This document shows, one piece after another, positions 26,938-37,705 of a stretch of 64,000 bases of DNA; position 1 is the stretch's first letter, and each line of letters begins with the position of its first letter. A program made the translations under genes and the position numbers. The stretch is from Fonticula alba ATCC 38817. Taxonomy: Eukaryota > Protista > Nucleariida. Where the stretch lies: assembly GCA_000388065.2 (NCBI GenBank), contig KB932209.1, one strand, 5' to 3'. The notes beneath the pieces are model-generated. The model worked only from the letters and a program-made list of their open reading frames with translations, made no database searches and was not told where the DNA came from.

Positions 26938-29449
26938 GTGGGGCGGCTGCCCCGGGGGCCACGGCAGCCGGTGCCCTCTTGCCCCCGGCCCCGGTGGGAT
27001 CCTTCCCCGAGGGGGAGATCTCGCGCTTGCTGCTGGACTGCCGGTCACGCTCGCTCAGCGGCCTGTCCCAGGGGCTGGCCACGGCGGTGGCCGTCAGCTT
27101 CCCCACCGAAGATGAGGTCCTGCTGCTGATCAATTCGCTGCTCCTGTGTGTGTCGAAGATCTCGCCGCACTTGACGCATGGCGTGGCTGTTCGCCACCTG
27201 CCCACCTTGCTGTGGATTTCCGTGGTCATCATCAGCATGGGCCACTTGGACCTGTTCAATGAGGCGGTGGACTTGCTGGATGTCCTCCTGCGGGCATTCA
27301 ACCGGTATGCCACGGTGCCCGGCCCGGATGGCACCACCATCTACGACCATTACCAGCTGGGCGAGGCGGTGGCGGCGGCGGTGGCGGCCACGGCGGCCGG
27401 TGCCCCTGCCTCCGGGCCGTCCTTCGGCGATGTGATGATGGCCGCGCGTCGTGCCTCGCCGGATTTGCACCTGCTCTTGCGGCAGCTGGATCACATGGTG
27501 GCCGCCAACTTCGATGAGAATTTCTCCTTCGCCCTGGCGTCCATCCTCTACCGTGGCTTGAAGCATGTGTCCACCAGCACGTCCACCCAGCGGCTGTTCC
27601 ACACCCTCCTTGAGGTGAGCAGCCCGCGGTATGGGGTGGCGGCCTCGAGCGGCGGTCCGGGTGGAGCCGCAGGCGGCCCTCCCGGTACGGAACCCACCGT
27701 CCGGACGCCCCTGCTGCTGGTTGGTGGCCCGAATGCCGCCCGGGGTCCGGAGTCCGTGCCGACGGTGGCCGGGGCTTCGGCCGGGGGCCTGTCATCCGAA
27801 GGCTCCGGCGGGCTGTCGGCCGATTCGACGGACCTCCTGCTGGCGGAAAACCCCCTGGGCAACCGGGTGACACCGGAGCGCTTGGGGTTCTTCCTGCCGC
27901 TGGCGCCGTTGGCCGATCCGGCCATGCTCCGGTCGCTGTTGTGGGTGGCCGGGGTGACGCACTTCACGGCGGACCATCCGGGCGCCGGCCCGGAGGCCGG
28001 GTTCCCCCATGCCCGGTTCGACCGGTTCCTGGACTACTTCGACTTGCGAAGTGAGCGCACGGCCGTCCTGCTGATCAGCATGCTGGTGACCATGCTCCGG
28101 CATTCGGAGAATGAGCAGGAGCAATTCTTCATCTACTCGCTCCTGGCCCAGGTGGCCGAGGAGATGCCGCGGCTGCTGGCGCCCTTCTACCCGTCGATCG
28201 CCGATCGTATGGCCATGACCGTGTCGCGGTCCATCGACCAGCGCCTGATTTCGGTGGTGCACCAAATCACGGTGTCCATGATCCTGGCCCGTGGGCCGGA
28301 CTTGAACTCCTCGCATGTGGCCATCTCCATGGATCAGGCTCTGCAGCAGAGCTCGCACCGGAACCCGGACTCCTCGCAGCTGCCCAACAGCAGCCCGATG
28401 ACCCTGGCCGCGGCGGCGGCCGTGGCCCTGGTCATGACCGACACCGGGGCCGGGACTGGCAGCGGCCTGCCAGGCCAGCACTCGCACCATGGCGGCACGG
28501 TGGTCTTCCAGTACCAGAACCCCTTCCCGACGGCGGCCCTGCTGCAGCAGGCCCAGCACCAGCAGTTCCTGCTGCACAAGCAGCGCAATGAGCTGGACAA
28601 GTCCCGGCCGGACCTGATCCAGCCGCCGACGCAGCCCTTCCGGCCGGCTTCACTGCAGGAGCTTGGCTTCGGTGGGCTGGTCGAGTGCGCCACCTGGTCG
28701 GTGACCGCGCGCACGGTGCGCAGCTCGCAAACCGACGAGAGCACCATCACCGCGGTGCTGCTCGGCCTCGGGGACCGAGTGGGCGTGTTGGGCCAGCTGG
28801 CCGGGGTGTTCGGCCCGGCGCGGACTTCGCGCACGGTTGCCCTGCCGGCGGCCGGGCCGGGCCCCGGGGTGCGCATGTCCTCGGCCGGGCCGGGGGCCGG
28901 CTCCGGCACGGCCCCGGGCGGGTCTCTGGCTGGCCGGGCCATCTCGGCCGCGGGGCCGGCTGGCCATGCGGCCGGGACCGGCTCCGGCGGGACCATCTCC
29001 CCCGGTGCCGGGGCTCCATCGGCCCAGCTGCTGGACCGCCTGCGGACGCTGCTGAGCCCGGCCATGACGGCGCACTTGATGCAGGAGCAGGACCGCCAGG
29101 TTCGGCTGATCAACCTGACGCGCTTCCTGCTGACCATGGTCACCAAGCAGACCACCCGGCTGCCGGATGTCATGGCCGGCAACATCTTCTCGGCCGACGG
29201 GGCTCCGGGTGCCGGTGGCCACTCGCAGCAGCCGACACAGCCAGGGCGCCTGTCGCTGACCCCGGTGACCGAGGCGCCGAAATCGGCTGTGGCCTCGGCC
29301 ACGGTCGCCCCGACCGCCGGGCCTCCGGTGTCCTCCGGCGGGGGCTCCCCGGCGCCGGGCCTCTCGACCGGCCCCTCGGCCGGCCCGCCAGTGGCCCCAC
29401 GGCCGACCCCCCGGCCGCGTCCGACCCACTCGCCGCAGCCCCCAGTGGC

Positions 29450-29519
<70 letters not shown>

Positions 29520-30434
29520 TGTGACCCTACCCCCTCGCCGACTCACCCCATGGCCGGCACCATGCTCACCCGGCTGAGCTCCAGTCTGGAGTCCCTGGCC
29601 GGGGACGGGGGCAGTGGCGGAGCCGCGGCGGTCGACAGTCGGCCGTCCAGCTCCGCCTCCATTGGTGCGGCGTCCACTGGGGCTTCGTCGTCTCCCCATC
29701 AGCCGCTCCCTCCCCGGTCGGTGTTCTCCTCCACCGGGTCCCTGGCTGACGATTCGGTCCCCCCCCTGGGGGGAGCGGTGTCGTCTGGTGTCCGGCCGGC
29801 GGCTTCGCCGCCGCCGCCGCCGGTGCCATCGGCCAAGCCCGGGTCCTCGGCCTCGCGGATGCCCCCGCCCACCGCGGCCCCGGGGCTGGATGAAATGCGC
29901 TTTGCCAAGCCCCGGCCTCCGTCGGTGGCCCCGCGACGGGTGCCGGTCCTCCCGGCGGCCGGCGTCGGGGATTATGCCCTGCCCCCCTCGGCGAGCGGCG
30001 AGCCTGGACCGGCCGGCGGTCTGAGCGACGATGACGCCGCGCGCGAGTCCTCCTCCCTCCCTTCGGGCGTCGGTGGTCAGTATGGCCCCTCGCGCTCGCA
30101 TCTCCCGATGGCGGCCCGGTCTGCCGAATCCCTGTCATCGGCTCAGCAGCATCCGGAGATCGGCGGCGAGGCCACCCCCCCGCCGCCGCCGCCGCCACCG
30201 GCCTCCTCCAAGCCGACCCCCCCGCCGAAGCCTCTCCCCCGGCTGCCGTTCTTGGATGACGCCCCGGGTGGTGGGGTCCCGGCGGCCGCTGTCGCGGCCG
30301 GCTTCAGCCCCCCGCCGCCGTCATCGGCCGCGACCGCCGGCTTCAGCCCCCCGCCACCGGTGGCCCCTCGTCGCCCGACGGCAGCGCCTCCGGCCCCGCC
30401 CGCCGCGGCCACGGCCCCTCCCTCGGACGAGTGA
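14929..30434 (+). CDS. NF1: Neurofibromin/Ira-like RasGAP with RasGAP, Sec14/CRAL-TRIO-like and PH-like domains and long HEAT-like flanks; multi-exon
   Basis: Arginine-finger ELFRANS, FLR motif IGGLFFLRVFNPGLL, LITKLIQNIANQ, Sec14-like FVFLARKY..LLYYILDTLRP..FDVMVDL, then the NF1-typical DVPGTLLNMALLNMG..LRLAAYDLLCSL, EPHLTLEFL, YMAPWLNNL. Exons link through in-phase GT-AG introns (e.g. 15316-15801, 19928-20228). Stop at 30432-30434. Confidence 0.93.
29451..29519 (+). repeat. (CAG)n polyQ (~23 Gln) in the low-complexity C-terminus of the RasGAP
   Basis: Contiguous CAG run in frame with ORF 25287-30434. Confidence 0.9.
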
Positions 30435-30494
30435 GGCGCGCCCGCCTGGCGCCCCTCTCCCTCGGTTCCCCCGCTCCTCTCTCCTGTTATTTCA

Positions 30495-30500
30495 AATAAA
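30495..30500 (+). promoter_or_regulatory. Putative polyadenylation signal AATAAA of the NF1-like gene
   Basis: AATAAA lies 60 nt after the stop codon, followed by a T-rich tract, in otherwise ~70% GC DNA. Confidence 0.55.
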
Positions 30501-31047
30501 GCGTCTCTTTCACTTTTTTTCGTGTCACACACACAGACACACACACACACACACGGCCGCATGAGGGGGATTCCCGGTGGGGCCCTGCCCGCGCCCCTGC
30601 GGCGTTTTCCGGGAAACGTGCGCGCTCCCCGGATGCAGGCGACCGAACAGGCACATGTTGGCGCGTGGATTTGTGTTCAACAAGGACAGATGTTTATTGG
30701 TTGGGGTTTTTTTTTTCCCGCGCCGCGCCGTGCTCTTCCCGGTCTTGCTCTTTGCGTGCCCCGCCTTTTCCGGGTTTCTCTCTCTCTCTTCCTTTTCTCC
30801 TCTTGGGGAGGGCGCTGGCATGCACAGTGGTGCATGTGTCTTTGCTCGAGGGGGTACCAGCTCCAAAGCCATGCATGGATCGGGGGTCGGCGGGGCGCAC
30901 GAGCCCGAGGGGCAAGCCCAAGTCACACAGGGTCGCCACAGGCCGTTTCTCTTTCTCCGGCGGCTTTCTCCCGCTCTGTGCTGCCCTCTCTCTCTCTCCC
31001 TCTCTCTCGTGCAACGAGCGGGATTCCCCAGGGGTAAGGCCCATCGG

Positions 31048-32006
31048 TCACCAGTGCTGCTTGGCCGGCGAGCCGCCCTTCGGCGCGTCATCCTCAAAGC
31101 CCTCGATCAGCGTGGCAATCGTGGCCAGCGACCAGTAGAGCTCCTTCTTCTTCCGAGGCAGGGACAGGGGCCGACCAGCCGGGGGCCGGCCATTGAGGGA
31201 CTTCAGCGCACGGACGACGGCGCCCCAGGTTCCCTGCTCGCGGGTGGCCCGCGGCCGGGGCAGACGCTTGGTTTCGATTTGGATGACTGCACCGGCCGCC
31301 ACGGGGAGGGTACAATGGGACCGAGGTGTCAGAGTGCCCGCTGCCAGATAATCGAAAGCACGGAGGGACGGCGCAGGAAGGGACGTACTGGTGCCGGCGC
31401 CGGCGCGGTCCGCCTCGAAGGTGACCACCTCGGCGTAGGGATAGGTCTTGTCGTCGCGCCAGATGTGCCAGACAAGGCGCTGGCCTGTAGAGAGCAGCGA
31501 GAGGGAGAGAGAGCCCCCGGCGGCCGGAGAGGCCCATCGTCCCGGCACCCACCGTATGGATGGCAATCGGGCGTGTTGTCCGAGAGTCAGCAAGAATTAC
31601 ACGTTGCGAGGGGGGGGGGGGGGGGGGCCGAAGGGGAAGTCGAATCTCACGCACCCGGCACACACTCGACCAACTCCCGGCGCTCGCACACCGGCGAGGA
31701 AGACATGCGCCGGTCGCGCACGCGCGATTCCTCCAGCGACCGGACGTACACGGCGCCCACCTGCCCGGCGGTGCCGGCCACCCGGCGCGACTGGGTCTCA
31801 GGCCGAATCCACTGGATGGCCGCCGGATCCATCATGGCCGCGAAGCAGCGAAAGGCGCTGGCCCGGATGGGGGCCGTGCGAATCACGCGGCTGGTGGCCT
31901 TTTGGGGCCGCGGGATGGCCCGGGGCGGGGGCAGCGGCGCGGACTTGGGCTTGGCCGTCGGGGCACCGGCGTGGTGCTGGTACTGGGGGGTGCTAGGGGC
32001 TCCCAT
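31048..32006 (-). CDS. SRPBCC/START-fold (AHSA1-like, polyketide-cyclase-like) protein; exons 32006-31655 and 31484-31048
   Basis: The spliced product reads CFAAMMDPAAIQWI...ELVECVPGQRLVWHIW...YAEVVTFEADRAG...YWSLATIATLIEG, resembling the SRPBCC pattern. The GTGCGT..CAG intron joins VPG|QRLVW in frame. Family assigned from motif resemblance only. Confidence 0.55.
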
Positions 32007-33983
32007 GGTGAGCTCGGTGGAGGCCAGTCGGGCGGNNNNNNNNNNNNNNNNNNNNNNNNNNNNNGGGGAAGGGGATTCGAAGTTGCTCTGGGGGAGAGGC
32101 AGGAACATTGGGTGTGGCTGCCACTGGGGCCGGTGACTGCCGGGCGGGGCGGCTTTTATAGGGCGCGCCAGGCCTGGGGCCGGGGGATGTGGCGACGGGG
32201 AGCACAGGCGGGCTGTCCGCGGCCCGGCCATTCATCGAGGGCATGGGGACGAGTTGGCGCCTCGGCCTGGGGGGCGTGCGGGATGTGGATGCCAGTTGGC
32301 GCGCCTGGTGCCAAGAGTAGGATGTACCGTAGGCCGAAGCTGGCGTTGGGCTCATTCGGCCACACACACCCATCGGGCAAGCCAGCCGAGTGCTCGAGCC
32401 GAGTGACGCCACCTCTGCACGCAGGCATGGATCGCGCGAGTCGCATAGCTCCTCGATCCAGCTCACGGACACCTCGGGCACACGGGCAGATCGGCACGCC
32501 TGTGCACGCCGCTGCCGAGGGCGGGTTGCGGCGTCGATTGTACAATCGATGGCCACGGCGCTCGCTTGCCCAGGGCTGCGGCTACCTCTCGGTGACGGGA
32601 CATCCTGTCGGGACACCAGGAAGCGTCGCCGCTCATCGCATTCGCGATTCACGATGTCGCCCCATGGCCGCACCTCCACAGCAGGCATGGGAGCCGGCCG
32701 TTCATCTGCATGCCCCGATGGCCGGAGCCGATGGGGCCCCCGGCGACAGGGCGGCCGCATTCACCCCCGGAGAGATGCGTGTCTCCGGGGGGTGACATTG
32801 TCGCACCTCCTTCCCCTTCCCCTCTCCCCTCTCTTCCGTGCTCAGCCAGTTGGGGGCATGTACCAGGGCCCGGCTATGGTCCGGGCTCCAGCCCCTCCTT
32901 TCCGGGCTCCTCTCCCTGGCCCGAGCGACCCAGGGGCAGGCCCCCGGCCGAGAGGCCATGCTTGCCTAGCCCACAGCGATGCGAGCCCGTTGGGAGATAC
33001 CAACGCGCTATCGGCTGCGATTCTGGAAATTTAAATATTATCGGATCATGTCGAGAACGGCGCGCGGAAAGCCCGGAGGTCCACACCCCGGAGACAATGC
33101 TTCCACACCCATGCGCCACGGGCGATCACCCGCCAGTTAGACCCCTGTCCCCTGAAAAGTCGCCCAGCCGTTTGGCCCTCCCCTGTGGCGGGATTATCGA
33201 GAACTCTGGTCATGTGTGATTCCCGGCATTCCGCCAACATTTTTGCCTTCCTCGCGGGGGAATGCATGCACACTCAATTAAGACTCCCCACGGACTCCCC
33301 TCCGCCTCGCGCCCGGCCACAGTTACCAGACTCGGGTCTCCCGTTGCGCCGAGGCGGGCTGCGGCCGGCGGGCACCCCTCGCGCGCGCGCGCGCGCGCGC
33401 CGACCCCGGGACAAGGCCAACCTTCTGCCGAACTGCCGGCCAAGAGGCGCACATGCCAACTGACCGAACGGCACCCGCCTGCACCCCCGCTCCCGGACAC
33501 CGGGGCGGGCATGAAAATAGACCGGCGCCCAGCCTGGCCGGTGTTTGTCGTTCGGCGACGAGCCCGCCCGCTCCGGGGACGCGGCGTCCGTCAGGGCTCG
33601 AGGCCGGCCGCAGAACTAGCGAGCCAAGTGCACACACACGCGCCTGGCTGTGTGTGCGTGCGTGTGTCTGTGTGGGGTGCCTGTACATGCGTGTGTGTTG
33701 GAGCGCACGTGCGTGAACCGCACCCGTGATGGCTGTGCTTTTCAGGGGAGCTGCCCCGGTCCTACCACCCCGAGACATGCTCTAGACTGTGTCCTCGCCC
33801 CCTCCTCCAGCCCCCTTCTCCGCTCTTCTCCCCTTCGCGCACGCTCCCGCTCCCTCCCGCTCCCCCCCCCCTCTCCCCCGGACGCACACGCACACACACA
33901 CACACACACACACGCACAGCAGACAGACGCTTGCGTGCATAGCCCAGCGCATCGGCGTTAAGCCTGCGAGCACGCTCTGCCTC

Positions 33984-36441
33984 ATGAAGAGCCCCAAGGA
34001 GGAGGCTGACTCGGGTGCCCCGCCCGGCGGCGGCGGCGGCGGCGGCGACGACGTGCCAGCCGGCGCTGCTCCTCCTGAAGTGGCCGCCGCCAGCGTTGAT
34101 GCCGCTCTTGCGACCGCCGCTCCTGGTGCTGTGGTTGCCCCCGGCGAACCGGCCGGGCCCGGATGTTCCCTGCCCTCGGAGAGCTTCGTTTGGACGCCGG
34201 AGCTGGAGATCCTCCTCTTTCGGGCGCTGAAGAAGTACAAGCCGATTGGTGCGCGCGCCTCCCCCGCCCCGGGCTTTGACCTGTGTCCAAGTTGGACTCG
34301 GCCGCTGGGCCCCCTGCTAACACCCGCGAGCCTGGCACGCGCCCCGTCGGCGGACAGGCATCCACAAGCACATTCGCATGTTTGCCATCCACCACTACCT
34401 GTCCAGCCGGCTGCTGCTTACGCGGCGTCTGCTGCTGGCGCACCCGCGCTTCGGCGAGGCCGACTCGCCGGCCCCACGGCTGCCCGTCTTTGTTCCCCGG
34501 TCGGCCCTCTGGCATCGGGTGCAGCAGCTGTATGACCTGGCCGGGCTCGAGCGTCTTGCCGAGGACGAGGCTGCCGTTCATGAGGAGGCCGAGGCCCGGG
34601 CCGAAGCGCGCGAGGACGACCTCCCCGCCGGCATGTCCGAAGATGATGCCTCTGAGGGGGACATGTCGGGAGTGTCGGAGGACGACGAGTCTGCCTCGGC
34701 TCCGGCTCTCCGCGGCCGGCGCGGCGTGGCTGGCCGCCGGGCCTCTTCTACCCGGGGCGGGCGGACCGGACGCGGTGGCCGACGTGCCACCCCGCAGCCG
34801 TCCGGCAGTTTGGCCGGCCCGGGCCGCGGCCCGGCCGGCGCCCGGCGACCGGGCACCGGCGGCTCGGCCTCCAACTCGGCTGCCTCCTCGGCCGTCCACT
34901 CGCCGCTGGGCCTGCTGGATGATCTGGCCTCCAGCGACGGCGGGGCCACTCGTCCGCCATTCCACCTTTCCTCCGACCAGCCAGTCGACTTTGTCCTCCC
35001 TCTGCAGATCATTCAGCGGTCGATATCCCTCGGCTCGTTACCTGAACGTATGTGCCTGTCTGTGTGCGAGGGGGAGAGAGTGAGGGAGGGACCAAGGGGG
35101 GGGGGGGGGGGGGGGGGGGTGATACACACGGTGACCGCAGCGCCCAGCGCCTAGACATGTGCCCCCCCTCCCCTCCGTCCCTCCCCCTCCCCTCTGGGTG
35201 CCATCTTCTTTGAATTGCCCTGACCCCTTCGTCCACACGCGCATGTGCTCTCCCATATGCCTGCTCTCTGGCTCTGCTCCCGCGCGCGCCGGCAGACTTC
35301 GAAGGCTACACCCCTCGGTCGTCGCCATCGCCATCGCAGACCCCCCCAGTCGGGCCCCATGCGGAGGATGATGTTCGCTTGAAGGCCGAGCCTGTTGATC
35401 CCCCCGGGAGCCTCCTGCCCCGGGCCACATCACCGTCCATGGGCGCCCTATCCGACGAGCCCCCCGGCTCTCCGCGCCGGAGTAGCCGCTTTGACCGGCA
35501 TCTCGCGTCGAAGGGACGCTCAGGGTCGCCACTCCACTCCGACTTCCAAGAGGACGGTATGTCTCCGCTCTCCTCCGCCTCTCTCTCTCTCTCTCTCCAT
35601 CGCCCTCGTATGCCCCCCTCACCCTGCCCCGTGTGTGCCTGTGTCTCCCTGTGAATGTGTCTGTGTGTGTTCCTGTGCATGCGTGTCCCTGTACATGCGT
35701 GTGTCTGTGTGTGTGTGTGTGTCCTTGTGTCTGTGCTTGTGTCTGTGCGCGCGCATGTGCATGTGCGTGTGCGTATGTGTGTATGTATGTGTGTGCGCGC
35801 GCGCACGCGCGCACGCGTTCACCCAGGCTCCCTCACCCCTCGGCGCACTCGACGCTCATCTCGCATTTCTGGCCGCTCCCCCTCGGCCCTGGGTCACCAC
35901 TCAGACGCCCGTGAATTGGACCTGCACACGGACGACAGTGATTTGGCCGGCGGCGACAGCCGCCCAGTGTCCTCCTCTTCGGGGACATCCTCCTCGGTCT
36001 CGGCATCGGCCTCGCCCTCACGCTCACAGAGCCCCTCAGCTCGCAGGTGCGGCCTCTCCGGCCCCGCTCCCCCGCCCTTGCTTCCTGCCACCAAAGTGGC
36101 CCGCGATGCGCCCCTTCTGACCCTCTTCCCCTCCTAGCTCCACCCCCTCCTCGCCGGTATCCAATGCTCGGCTATCTAGCCTCCGGTCGAAGCGCCGGCT
36201 GTCCGACGCATCCGACACCCAAGCTCCCGGGTCCCCGGGGGCTGAGGCTGGCGGCGTCTCGCGCCGTCGTATGACTCGCAGCGACTCGCTCACGGCCGCC
36301 GCCGCCCATGCTCCGGAGCCGAGTTCGCCGCGGACGCGCCGGGGCGCGGCCATTGCCGCCGCTGCCTCCATCCAGGCGGATGCCCTTAGCGACTCGCGCT
36401 CCGGGAGACGGGCTCTGCGCAACGCCCAGCAGGAGGACTGA
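33984..36441 (+). CDS. EAF7: NuA4 histone acetyltransferase subunit Eaf7/MRGBP-like; exons 33984-34248, 34358-35047, 35296-35556, ~35906-36046, 36138-36441
   Basis: WTPELEILLFRALKKYKPIG|IHKHIRMFAIHHYL...ALWHRVQQLYDLAGLE...DFVLP matches the Eaf7/MRGBP signature (W..E.E..L...KP.G.HKH..M..I; W..L...YDL..L; DF.LP), followed by a low-complexity tail. Confidence 0.85.
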
Positions 36442-36686
36442 AGTGGCCTGGACGCGTGCCATGTGTCCGGCGGCATGCCGCGCGCGCGCGCGCTGGCCTT
36501 CCCCGAGCCTCTCCCATGGCGCGTCGCTGCCGCTCCTGTGTCCAGCACACAATACACCCAAACCCTTGCAGATAAAAGAGAAAGCCCGACCGATGCCCGC
36601 CTGTCCGTCAGCCTGTTCCCCCCCCCCCCCCCCCCCCCCCCCCTTGGCCCCGGTCCCGGCCCCGGCCCCGAGAACTACGCCCATGA

Positions 36687-37705
36687 ATGTGCCAACCTGT
36701 GGGTGGGGAGCAGCGCCGGGACATAATACTACCCACAACTGAGGTGCCACCCGACTGGGTGCTGATCACGTTACCAGAGCCGATCGCTCCCTCGGCCCGG
36801 CCGTTGGTTGGCCCATCTCTCCCCTTTGTCTCTCTCCCTCCCCTCCCCCCGCTCCCTCAGCGTGAGAGTGTGTTTCTCTCTCTCTCTCTCGCCGGCGCCC
36901 TGCGCTTGTCTGGTTTCCTCAGGAGGGCCGGTCGAAGTGCGCGGCCGGCTCTCCTCCACTGGGGACGATCGGCCGCGCGGTGACCTACAGGTCCAGGATC
37001 CGAGGCCTGGCCAGCAGCACTCCCGCCAGGCATCAACGACTGCCCCGGTGTGCACCTCCCTCCCGGACCGGAGAGCCAGGTGGCCGGCCCCGGCTCCCTG
37101 CGCTTGATGAGATCGTACCCCGGACCGGGGTCATTCCCAACCTCCTGACCACACCCATCCCCTCTCTCCCTCCTGTCGGCGCCTGCACCGTCCCCGGGAC
37201 CCGCTGCCGAACCAACTCCTCCATCGTCCTCTTCCCCTCTCTCCCTCCTGTCGGCGCCTGCACCGTCCCCGCGGACCCGCCGCCGAACCAACTCCTGCGC
37301 CGTCCTCCCCCACCCCTCTCTCTCCTCCTCCTCCTCTTTCACACTCTCTTTCGTGTTTCTCTTGCTCCTCCGTCCCGGGACTTTGCCCCTTTCTCCTCCC
37401 CCCCCCCCTCCCGTAGCTGGGTGGGACCTGCTTCTCGGTGATCCTGAATACAAGAATGACCTCTCCCCGATCGCCTGGAGATGGTTCGTCCCACATTGGA
37501 GGCACCTTATGCATGCATGCATAGTGTCCTCCTCCACTCCTCTCCCGCTCCTCTCCCTTCCTCTCTCTCTCTCTCCCTCTCCCCTTCTCCTTCTGCCTCC
37601 CACACACGCACACATACACACAGACTGACAAACAGCCCTCCCATGCGTCGGTCGGAAAACAGGCGCCCCTACCACCGGGTCTACCCCAACTTCGGCCACA
37701 AGTGA
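36687..37705 (+). CDS. Hypothetical spliced small ORF (~107 aa) upstream of and overlapping the GCN5 5' end
   Basis: The exon chain 36687-36802, 36923-36936, 36991-37047, 37417-37483, 37636-37705 totals 324 nt and is open. It ends ...[25 protein letters not shown] with GC3-rich codons. No homolog recognised and the splicing is inferred. Confidence 0.3.
37159..37310 (+). repeat. Diverged tandem duplication (~76-nt unit x2) in an intron-like pyrimidine-rich region
   Basis: The core cccctctctccctcctgtcggcgcctgcaccgtcccc..ggacccgc.gccgaaccaactcct occurs twice with a few substitutions. Confidence 0.8.
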
